Assembly (NCBI GenBank): GCA_973895155.1
Contig: OZ316895.1
Location: 3,831,659 to 3,895,658 of the forward strand
Origin: Marsupella aquatica
Taxonomy: Eukaryota; Plantae; Marchantiophyta
Length of the DNA: 64,000 nucleotides
Direction: 5' to 3'
Of the stretch, positions 1-9,706 are shown one piece after another. Both the position numbers and the translations under genes were made by a program. The notes below the pieces were generated by a model. The model saw nothing but the letters and a program-made list of their open reading frames with translations, was not told the DNA's origin and did not search any database. Each line of letters opens with the position of its first letter. Within the stretch, counting starts at the first letter, position 1.

Positions 1-520
1 CCTGAGAGATCCAAGTTGACACTAGTTCTCCAGCCAATTTTGTCGGCGTAGTACTTCCCAACAATATCTAGCACCCCAGGATTTTGTCGATTATGAACTA
101 GAGAATCTAGGTACTCCAGCCGTTTCTCCTTCGGATACAAGACTACCAATGACCAATGTTCTTTCACATCATTGTGTACTGGAAAGACCAGTTTGTCGTA
201 ATCACTGATTTTTAGCGGAAACTCCTTTGTCCAAGTTGCTCTCTCCTCGTCAAAAATGGTAGGATCCATGGAGAGAAGCTCAAAATGTGTGTTTGGAAGA
301 ATTTGACAAGGTCTGACTTTCCAACTCTATCGAGAATCAGTTCGAGAAAACTCAAATAAGCATTAATTATATCATCGGTGAGCAACTCACGCGGTCTCAG
401 ACACATCATATGTTTCCTCTTGATCGAGTGTTGTAAGAACTTGATCAACAACTCTTCCATATCCTTAGAAGGATCAAGGCATTGATCTATTCGACTAGCC
501 AAATTTTCAAAAAACTGCAA
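1..520 (-). pseudogene. Ulp1-family SUMO protease (peptidase C48) catalytic domain, frameshifted, truncated by window edge
   Basis: LRPRELLTDDIINAY is followed, after a 1-nt frameshift near 275, by WTKEFPLKISDYDKLVFPVHNDVKEHWSLVVLYPKEKRLEYLDSL. This gives the catalytic His (HW) and Asp (LDS). The catalytic Cys would lie left of position 1. Confidence 0.85.
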
Positions 521-1524
521 AAAACAGAGATTTCAGTATGCCTTCAAATAACGTACTGAGGTTGTAGCCTAAGGGTTCTACCTCAGAAAACAGAAACAAT
601 AACAAATCAATAATAAAATAATGACGTCTATAATAGAAACTTTAAGCTTATAGCTTGCAAATGACCTTTGGATTGGGTGGATCCGGCCTTTTCGCAGCTG
701 ATCTCTTGGGTGCCTCAATCGCAACAACATCCTTCAGCCCTCCTCGAGACCGCAGTGATCGCTCCATCGGACCAGTTTGCAAAGGTTGGAGCGATGAGGC
801 GGGAAGACCTTCAAATGGTTGTGGCATTTGATTCAAATATTCCACAATCTGGGAATCCGATTCCAAAATATCCGGTGCCACAATTTCTGCGCAAGTGACC
901 TCTGCAATATATCGGGGTCGAGACCACGAACCCGGTCGCGTCAAGTCAGCTGTTAGTCTCTTAACAACTTGAGCCGAGTCTGGTGCCAAAAACGTTCCCA
1001 GGTCTTGCACTCGATTCTCGGAAAAGCGGACATTATTGATGATTGTCTCCATTCTGGATGTAGTGGCAGTCTTCTCCTCGGTAATCAAAAGACCCTTCGA
1101 ATATTGCAAAGCAAGGACTGCCTGGACTCGGAGCTACTCCGATGAATATTTATTCCAATCATCCAACGAGATCGTACTTAAGGGTGGATCGTTAAATTCA
1201 AACTCCGGACAAAGAAAATAGTCTAATATTTTCTTCTTAACTGCAACTGAGGGTGAAGAAGGCTTCTTCAAATTCAGCCTTATTTTCGGTAGACGTTGTG
1301 CCTCAGAAATAAGCGAAAGATCCTTGGCCCTCTTGGCCTCCTTCCTCGCTGCCTCCAGTCTTCCGGCTTCTTCTCTCTCCAGTCTTGCGAAATCGACCTT
1401 TTCTGCCTCCAACTTCTCCGCCTCCACCCTCTCCGGTCTTGCGGTCTCGTCCGCCATCCTCTCGGCCCGCACCCTCTCAGCCGCCACACTCTCCGCCTTA
1501 TTTTCCTCTGTCACTAAAAGGACT

Positions 1525-2350
1525 CTTGCAGCCTCCGCTTTCTCAGCCTGGGCTTTCTCAGCCTGGGCTTTCTCAGCCTGGGCTTTCTCAGCCTGGGCTT
1601 TCTCAGCCTTCGCGTTCTCGGCCTGGGCTTTCTCCGCCTGGGCTTTCTCAGCAAGGACTCTCGCAACCTCCGCTTTCTCAGCCTGGGCTTTCTCAGCCTC
1701 CGCGTTCTTTGCCTGGGCTTTCTTTGCCTGGGCTTTCTTAGCCTGGGCTTTCTCAGCCTACGCTTTCTCAGCCTGGGCTTTCTTAGCCTAGGCTTTCTCA
1801 GCAAGGACTCTCGTAGCCTGGGCTTTCTCAACCTGGGCTTTCTCAGCCTCCGCGTTCTCGGCCTGGGCTTTCTCCGCCTGGGCTTTCTCAGCCTGTGCTT
1901 TCTCATCCTGGGCTTTCTCGGCATCCGCTTTCTCAGCCTGGGCTTTCTCAGCCTAGGCTTTCTTAGCCTGGGCTTTCTCAGCCTCGGCTTTCTCCTTCTT
2001 CTTCGCGGGAGTTGCTTTTCTAGCTGCTGCCTTTTTCTTCTTAACCTCCTTCTTTTGAAGCTCCTCTTGCCGGGCCGCCTCTTGTCGGGACGCCTCCTCC
2101 TGCCGGGCTGCCTCCTCCTGTCGGGCCGCCTCCTTCTTTTGAAGCTCCTCTTGCCGGGCCGCCTCCTGCCGGGCCGCCTCCTTCTTTTGAAGCTCCTCTT
2201 ACCGGGCCGCCTCCTGCCGGGCCGCCTCCTTCTTTTGAAGCTCCTCTTGTCGGGCCTCCTCCAGCCTGGCCTCCTCCTGCTGGGCTGCCTCTAGCCTGGC
2301 CTCCTCCTGCCGGGCCGCCTCCTCTCTGGCCTCCTCCTGTCGGGCCGCCT
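1525..2350 (-). repeat. Coding tandem repeats: 15-bp (AEKAQ)n at ~1525-1995 and (ARQEE/LQKKEA)n at ~2050-2350
   Basis: The plus-strand unit gcctgggctttctca is repeated about 30 times, followed by gccgggccgcctcct variants. The minus-strand frame gives a charged coiled-coil. Confidence 0.9.
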
Positions 2351-5300
2351 CCTCTCGGTCCACCTCATGTCGAGGCTCCTGTGTGGCCTCTTCATCAGAG
2401 TCCTCAGCGTCCTCAGAACCCTCCATCTCCTCGCCCTCTTCATCAGCATCCTCAGCGTCCTTCATCTCCTCTCTGTCACTCTCTTCATCTCCTCTATTGT
2501 CAGAATCTCCGACGTTGTTCTGCGTATCGGTCATCCACTCTGGATCTTGGTCATTGACATCCCCATCCGCGTCACCTTCCACGTCACCTTCCCCCTCACC
2601 ATTCGCATCACCATTGCTCCCTGCATCCTCAACATTGAAGCCGCAGTCAACTTGATCTGAATAAAATCAGATCATTTGATAAGAATGACTCATGCGCATA
2701 TTCGCGTGAAAAGAAATGTTATGAATGTCCACGCGCATGTTCACGTGACGCAATAAAAAGTAAGAGGTTTCAAAAGTAACTTACCTTGGATTGGCCCACT
2801 AGGGTACTCCGTTGGTCGAATGTACAATCGATCGGAATCTTCAGAGAGTGCATACTCTTGCAATAATTGATTACAAATATTATCAATGATATGTTGTTCG
2901 TGGAGGACATCCAAAACATCAGCCCTGAGAGCAGTTACGGATGGACGGTACTTCATTAATTTATCTATACATTTTTCTATACTAGCCCGTACTGGGTCAA
3001 TCAATGACAACGTTGTATCAATTGTCGCCGTGGTGTGTTGCAAGAAACAAGACAACTCCCTATGCGTTGCCATAGGGCAGTAATATTTTACATTGGATCC
3101 AGCATCCTGTAAAAAAAGCTGAAATTAGTTCACAATATTAATTGAGAATATAATAATCTAAATAATCTTAAAATCGAAACCCCAAAATATAAATCTCAAA
3201 ACTTACCATTAAGCACTGGATCAAGTTCGTTCCCTCACCGAAGCATATAGCCCATTCCCCACATTGGACGAATTGACTAACAATACTTTCAAAGAATGGA
3301 AGTATCTTTTCTTGGGAAGGTGTCGTGAACTCGCCGCTCTCTTCAAAATTGGCTATCTTCTCAATCTGATATTTGGAGACCAATTGGAACTCGAGGGCTT
3401 GTGGATCGCCCATTGTGCTGAAGGCCAAGCTGTGAAAAGCGTAGGTTACAATAAGCTTCTTCTCCTTCGGCCACTTCTGAATATAATGGCTATCAACAGC
3501 AACGTAGTGTGTGTACTTCCCTAATTCCCGTTTGATTAAGTAAGACTCAATGGGAGAGGCTACAATAATAACCACATGGTGTGGTTTTGCCCCTATCTCG
3601 CTAGTAGCACGAAATAACCCCTCATAGAATGAGCAATTTGGCGGACGCAAATCTCCCATTGATGAGGGATCAAAATAAATCAAGCTCGCAAGGTTCTTGT
3701 CTTCACGTATGATACAGTCTGCAAACCCAGCATTTTGTATATCCTGTAGGGATTGCAATTTCAGCCTCTCACCGACCGGCCACACTAGTTGGTTTCCTTG
3801 ACTATCAACTGATTTTTGTATTCCTTCCACCAACCTGTAGAATATAGGGTCGATCTCCTTCAACAAATTATCATTACTAATATTTACATTTAAGCACTTC
3901 TTCAGATAACCACTCAACGCATCTCTCAACTGCTTCAGCACCATCTTGTCGAGCTTAAAGCGATCAATCATTCCTTTGACCCGCAATTTTTGCGCTAAAT
4001 CTGTCAGACTTTTCAGCTCCGTCCGGGTGGATGTATCCCCGTTGAGTTTACTCAATAATAAAATCTCAAACTCAACTTTTGTCTTCTTCTTTATACAGAA
4101 TTGCTCCAAACTCATGCTGGTCGTTGACAACACTAGAGCCTCAGAGGACTTCCTCGCCTTCCCAGATTTCACTTTGATACTTCGGTTTTTGAGTATAGAC
4201 AGTCTTCCGCTCAACATATATTCCGCTGCCTTTTGAAGAACCGAGTCTGAGCACCCTTGACAAGAACGGAACGTCTTCTTTAGAAGATGATAAGCATATG
4301 GATTATCCGCAATTTTGACGGCGTCCCTCTGTAAAATTCCGTTGTAAATTACAAGCTCTCCTGTCCTTGATAGTTCATAGACCTCCATCCACTTCTTGAA
4401 TGTTTCGTCCTCCATTGTAAAGAGAAACGGAGCCAATTCTCCAAATTTCATCATTTCGTTCTTCCCTTTTTGAGCCCATGGGCAAACAAAACTTGTAGCT
4501 CTCATAAATACCTGAAAAACAATGGAAACATGACAATTCTAAGCTTGACGCGACCGTTCGCGTGACAAAAGTTTAAACGATAATGTGATCAAAGAGGGAT
4601 ATTTATATACCTTCCAATTTGGATGACGATAATGTGATCCAGGCCGCCCAAATGAGTTCAAGATATTACGACACTGTCGTACAATGGTGAGAAACTATCC
4701 TTCTTCCATTGATGTTTGATGACAGTGGTTCAGAGCTTTCGATAATCCCATCAAATGAACATTATTGTCGTTGTTGAGTGTTGCCCAAAACATTACAGCT
4801 TCTACAGTACCGCAAGCATCTCATACAACTTGGCTGACTTTGTCATCCTCTCTGAGCAATTTGTACGCCATTATTGTGTGCTGGCCTCCGAGTATCCAAA
4901 AATGACTGGTCATAATGTCCTCCTCTTTTGGCGATGAATCGTAGGGCGCCCCATTGTAGTCGGGATCTCTATTGGCCTCCGACTGAACCCACTTCACAGG
5001 GACTAAAAAGCAGCATCGCTTCTCGAACTTTATAGCCGAATGAGAGAGGAGTGAATTCTTTAGCCTATCTGTGTAATCCTGATTCCACTCTCGGTACTTG
5101 ATGTGGTCCGGTGCAAGATGACAACGTGATGTCTCAACAAAAAATGACTTGCTGTTAAATATATTCATAGCACTATATTCTTTGAGGAAAGAATCGAACA
5201 GAGCCCCGACATTCGCTGAGGTAATTACTTTTGGAAGATTCTCCGCCGAGTATACTTCAACCTTGCTCACTGGCGGGGCCTTTCCCAAGCAAAATCCTTG

Positions 5301-5924
5301 GTTGAAAGGAACTCTCTGGAACTCAAGTACGTCAATAATGTATTGACATATCAAATCTCTCGTTGATCCCTCTGGATCAGAAGGATATCCCACACTAGTA
5401 ACCTTTTCCAAGGCGTGCCTTGCACCTAGAAGATCATCGATTCTGGGCTGATTGAAGGTTACATATTGCGTTCGATCCAAACAAATGCTTATTTTGTCTT
5501 CCTGCTGGTCGTCGCTAACTAGCAAAACCAATCCCTCTGTACACTCTTTAACTTTCATGTTCTTCTCAAAGAAACACCCGAGAATTTTTTATCTCTCCAA
5601 AACTGTAGCTTTATCATTTCTTGCCACCACAAGACGGATAGCCCCATTGCGAACGACTATTCCAAAATTGGATATCTCAGTCGATTCAAAGAGATGGATA
5701 CTCTTCGTCTCCGGTGTTCTCTCTCTGATTGACTTTCCTCGGTATGCAAGTATGGATGTCTCCGCGGGAGTCATTTTTGTCTTGGTTTTCTTACGAGAAG
5801 CAGCTTTAGACGAGTCTCTTTTCCGCTTTGAGGTTCCGGTAGGATCCATTCTGAAATAGACAAATATTGAAAGTTAAACGTTTATTATAAAATACTAACA
5901 CGTGCATGGTCGCGTTGTGCCGAA

Positions 5925-6455
5925 TTACATTTTAGGAACATTTATCCTGACCCAATCTTCTCGCTCATCTTCATCTAACCAAAACCAAAGGTTCTTAAAC
6001 GTGTCAAGTTCAAATCCTTCAAATCCACCCAGAATGTCCAGCGGCGGGAGAGTTTTGATGGATTCTGTAAATCTTAATGCTACACTCCGTGAAGTCAAAT
6101 GCCTTCGAAGCGATTCATATCCTGGTCTATCAGTGAAGTCGTAAGCTACCAAGGTGACCGTCGCCCAAGTACTACTATAAGTAACTATGTGGCACCACTT
6201 CTTACTGACTGTTCGAATGGCGATCAAGTCCATGACCCGATTTTTAATTGCAGTATCCGATAAATTCCCAAGACAGTGGAAAAACTCTTTGACTAATGGC
6301 CAAATATATTTCTTGACAATATCGTCCGGAAGACCGGGTATCAGGTCTTCAGCTTGACTCCATATCATGTTTCGGTTGATAACCTTTGCACGTGCAATGC
6401 GCTCCATCATTATTTGACGATGAGATTTTCGATTCATGTCAAAGGATTGCAGCAT
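5925..6455 (-). CDS. Small F-box protein (paralog 1)
   Basis: LIPGLPDDIVKKYIWP...IRTVSKKWCHIV is an F-box-like motif; open 176-aa ORF. Confidence 0.7.
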   Translation of the reverse strand: MLQSFDMNRKSHRQIMMERIARAKVINRNMIWSQAEDLIPGLPDDIVKKYIWPLVKEFFHCLGNLSDTAIKNRVMDLIAIRTVSKKWCHIVTYSSTWATVTLVAYDFTDRPGYESLRRHLTSRSVALRFTESIKTLPPLDILGGFEGFELDTFKNLWFWLDEDEREDWVRINVPKM

Positions 6456-6539
6456 AATATGGAAAAGATTAAGAACAAGAACCTATCCATTAAGAACTGG
6501 GACCACCAAGATTCTGAGAAAATCTACCAAACCTTTCGA

Positions 6540-7055
6540 TTAGGACATCTCGTTCTCCTCATCTAAATTGTTATATTTGTTCGTAAACAATGCTATTTTG
6601 TCAGAAGTAGTAGTCCCAAGAACAGATATTTCTGGAAGCATAGAAATATCCTGTCGAATAACTCGACAGACTGAGTCAAACTCCAACTCGTCAGTTTCGG
6701 GTATGTCGTAAAGAGCATCATTTGCGACATCGACAATCCGGTTTGCTTGTTTGAGGATAGCCCATAACCTTGTATTTGTAACTAAAAAGTTCCACTTCTT
6801 GCTACAAGCTCCAAGCCAAATAAGGTCTCAGACCCTATCGATAACCAAATCGTTATCGAGGTGTCGATATCCACGCAATCTTTCAATTGAAATAAAGTGT
6901 TCATAGAGTATTGGCCAAATGTTTGAAATGACCAAAACATCTGGTATTCCTCCAATGAGACTAGAGGAGGTTTCATCCAGCGTATCCTATATTGTTTTAT
7001 GTTTCTTTTCATGAGATGAAAGGAAATCTCAAGCCTCATTCAAAAGTTGGCTCAT
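6540..7055 (-). pseudogene. Small F-box protein (paralog 2), three premature stops
   Basis: Manual translation from ATG 7055: MSQLLNEA*DFL...TI*DTLDETSSSLIGGIPDVLVISNIWP...RV*DLIWLGACSKKWNFLVTNTRLWAIL...EMS*. It is 172 codons and colinear with the two neighbouring F-box genes. The ORF track does not report it. Confidence 0.7.
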
Positions 7056-7120
7056 CCTGCTTTTATCATATCACAAAACATTGTTAGAAGACATACGACG
7101 CGCTTGGTCACGTAAGTTAA

Positions 7121-7672
7121 CTAGAATTCCTTAAAAGCGTAGATGTCACCCTCAAGGTATCCAACTTCGTGGCATTTGACTGTAAATTTCCATTTTTCAA
7201 GAGGGTGAAGAGCATCGTAAGTCTTCGTGAAGAGTTCCCTAAGATCTCTGGACATTGACCCCATGAATTTAATTCTTGGGTATTTCTGGAAGAAACTTTG
7301 AACTGTCGATGAGAGAGACTCATTTCCGATCGGTTTAGTAGGATTTCCTGGGAAAGCCAAATTTAATAAACTCAACTTGATTACACCCAGAAGATAGGTA
7401 TTCCCAACAAGGTGGCGCCATCTGCGACACACCGAAGATAGTCCTACAAACTCATCCAATTCCTTTATTGAGAAATTTCCTGCATTAGCCAAGGAATTAA
7501 AAGTCTCCTTGATCCAAGGCCATATCAATTCCGCGACAATGAAATCTGGAAGTCCAGGTAGTAGTGTTTCAACAAATACAGAATATCCCGCCAGTAGACC
7601 ATCTTGGCTTCTGTCCAAAACGTCAAATATTGGGCATAGATATCTGAAGCTCTTCAGACCAGGTTCGCCCAT
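7121..7672 (-). CDS. Small F-box protein (paralog 3)
   Basis: LLPGLPDFIVAELIWP...LSSVCRRWRHLV is an F-box motif; open 183-aa ORF. Confidence 0.75.
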   Translation of the reverse strand: MGEPGLKSFRYLCPIFDVLDRSQDGLLAGYSVFVETLLPGLPDFIVAELIWPWIKETFNSLANAGNFSIKELDEFVGLSSVCRRWRHLVGNTYLLGVIKLSLLNLAFPGNPTKPIGNESLSSTVQSFFQKYPRIKFMGSMSRDLRELFTKTYDALHPLEKWKFTVKCHEVGYLEGDIYAFKEF

Positions 7673-7812
7673 GACTCTTTTCAGCTGAATGATATATCCC
7701 AGAGATTATTTTCACGCGACTGGTCGCGTCTACAAATCAGAATGTATAAACAATTCTTTGAGAGACTGATTTTTTCGGGTCACAACGTGACAAATTATAA
7801 ATGTTGCTTCGT

Positions 7813-8453
7813 CCTCTAACAGAACCAGTCAATGAGAGAGCTACCTCAGATGCGAATGGTCGCGTCAACTGCTCCTAAATGAAACCTTACCTCCTCTAAC
7901 AGAACCAGTCAATGAGAGATCTACCTCAGACGCGACTAGTCGTGTCAACTGGTCCTAAAAAGAACTTTACCTCCTCTAACAGAACCAGTTAATGAGAGAG
8001 CTACCTCAGACACGAGTGGTCGCGTCACCTGAACCTAAACAACTATATCCATTGAACCTTCCTTGTGGAGATTTGGATATGGTATGCACTCAGTAAATCT
8101 ATCCAGTTTCCTTCTCACACGCGACTGGTCGCGTCAATTGGTCCTAAAAGGAACCTTACCTCCTCTAACAGAACCAATCAATGAGAGAGCTACCTCAGAC
8201 GCGACTGGTCGCGTCAACTGGTCCTAAAAGGAACCTTACCTCCTCTAACAGAACCAGTCAATGAGAGAGCTACCTCAGACGCGACTGGTTGCGTCAACTG
8301 AACCTAAACAACTATATCCACTGAAACTTCCTTGTGGAGATTTGGATATGGTACGCGCTCAGTAAATCTATCCAGTTTCCTTCTCACACGCGACTGGTCG
8401 CGTCAACTGGTCCTAAAAGGAACCTCACAATATTTTCACGCGACTGGTCGCGT
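7813..8453. repeat. 80-bp tandem repeat with 269-bp higher-order period; each unit carries the ACGCGACTGGTCGCGT palindrome
   Basis: Unit cctctaacagaaccagtcaatgagagagctacctcagacgcgactggtcgcgtcaactggtcctaaaaggaaccttacct starts at 7813, 7893, 7973, 8162 and 8242. A ~109-bp intervening block occurs twice. Confidence 0.9.
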
Positions 8454-9536
8454 CAACAACTCAAACAACTTTTGGACAATAGGATAAGACAGTGATACAA
8501 CTGTGATTATTGACTCGTACGGACAAGGAAATCCGAGTAAGCATGATTTCATTCATTTGTATTCATTCATGAACTTTACAATAATTCAGATGTTTGAGCT
8601 CTGTCATTGTGAAACTATTATATATCAGAAGTTTAGAGAATGATCCAGCTAAGATGATTCAATTTAGCAGTCTACTGGTTGTATTCGTCAATTAAAGGAT
8701 TTAGTGTAATGAGATTCACATAACATGAGAGTTTATATGATTAAATTCACAGCGTGCAAGTTTGTAATGACTTACTTAAGACGATTCAGGTTGTATTTTA
8801 ATTAGTGAGTTTGTATGATTCACACATATTTGAGTTTACAAACAAACCGCATTATGAAAACTCAACTTAATAATCAAGAGAAATTTTAGCAAACCACAAT
8901 CAACACCAGCAGAAAATGTAGAAATTGCACCTGAATTCTGAAAAATTGATGTAATCGTCTGAGAGATTGACGTCTAAGCACTTGAAGACCTTGTTGCGGC
9001 ATTCCAGAAAGTAAATATAAGATTGAAGATATTAATATGCTAAACAACAACAACACAGCTTCTATACTTCTATACATAGAGCTTCGCTGCCACCAATTGA
9101 ATAACATGTGCTTAATGCTAAGGAGCTCATTATGTCGAGTTAAAAAGACTCTTTCAGAAGTATAATCAAAGCTATGGATAGGCAAATTGAGCATGAATAA
9201 AAGCGCACTAAACCTGAAGATTCAAAGAGGTGAAACAAACCTGAATACTGAATGGAAGGAGCTAAAACAAGCTGCCAAAAAGTAGTTCGAGCTGCTGAAA
9301 CACGTTGATCAAGCTGATATGAGCTTAAAATTGGCTGACACGAGCTGATACAAGCACTCCCAAAAAGCTAGCTGCAATGAACTAGCAAACTAGAAGTGAA
9401 TACGAGCTGTAAATGCGAGCTGCAATGTGCCAATGAGCTCCTGGTCGAAACGATGGACAACTACTAAGAGCTGCAATGCGCCGACAAGCACCTGACCACA
9501 ACGAACGAGCTGCAACGACAAAAATGAAATCCAGGG

Positions 9537-9706
9537 CAGGAGCAAGAGCAGCGAGAGCGAGAGCAGCAAGAGCGAGAGCAGTGAGAGCGAGAGCAGCGAG
9601 AGCGAGAGCAGCGAGAGCGAGAGCAGCGAGAGCGAGAGCAGCGAGAGCGAGAGCAGCGAGAGCGAGAGCAGCGAGAGCAGCGAGAGCGAGAGCGACGAGA
9701 GCAGGC
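9537..9706. repeat. GA-rich simple repeat (gcgagagcagcgaga)n
   Basis: About 11 copies of a 15-bp unit are directly visible; they produce spurious Ala/Arg/Leu ORFs. Confidence 0.9.

Larger units (their letters stand above)
1..5849 (-). pseudogene. Long spliced multidomain gene: ParB/Srx-like + degenerate N6/N4 DNA MTase-like + acidic/coiled-coil repeats + Ulp1 (peptidase C48); runs off the left edge
   Basis: The ORFs join in frame across GT-AG introns. Exons: 5849-4611, 4511-3207, 3106-2785, 2656-~660 (3' splice site uncertain), ~517-<1. In-frame stops at ~5589, 4821, ~4697, 2199, ~1953, ~1788 and 1134; frameshift at ~275. Motifs: FWILGGQHTIMAY (~4864-4902); LIYFDPSS (~3661-3684); EKILPFFESIVSQFVQCGEWAICFGEGT (~3228-3312); LLTDDIINAY and KLVFPVHNDVKEHWSLVVLYPKEKRLEYLDSL (~100-390). 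Confidence 0.7.

Noticed and set aside
1280-2660. Alternative-frame ORFs (RKPR-rich, SAWAF-rich, Leu-rich)
   Set aside because: They are shadow frames of the coding minisatellite; only the AEKAQ/ARQEE frame joins the spliced gene.
7813-8453. CRISPR-like array (palindromic repeat at regular spacing)
   Set aside because: The spacers are themselves repeated rather than unique, there are no cas genes, and the context is eukaryotic. It is a tandem repeat.
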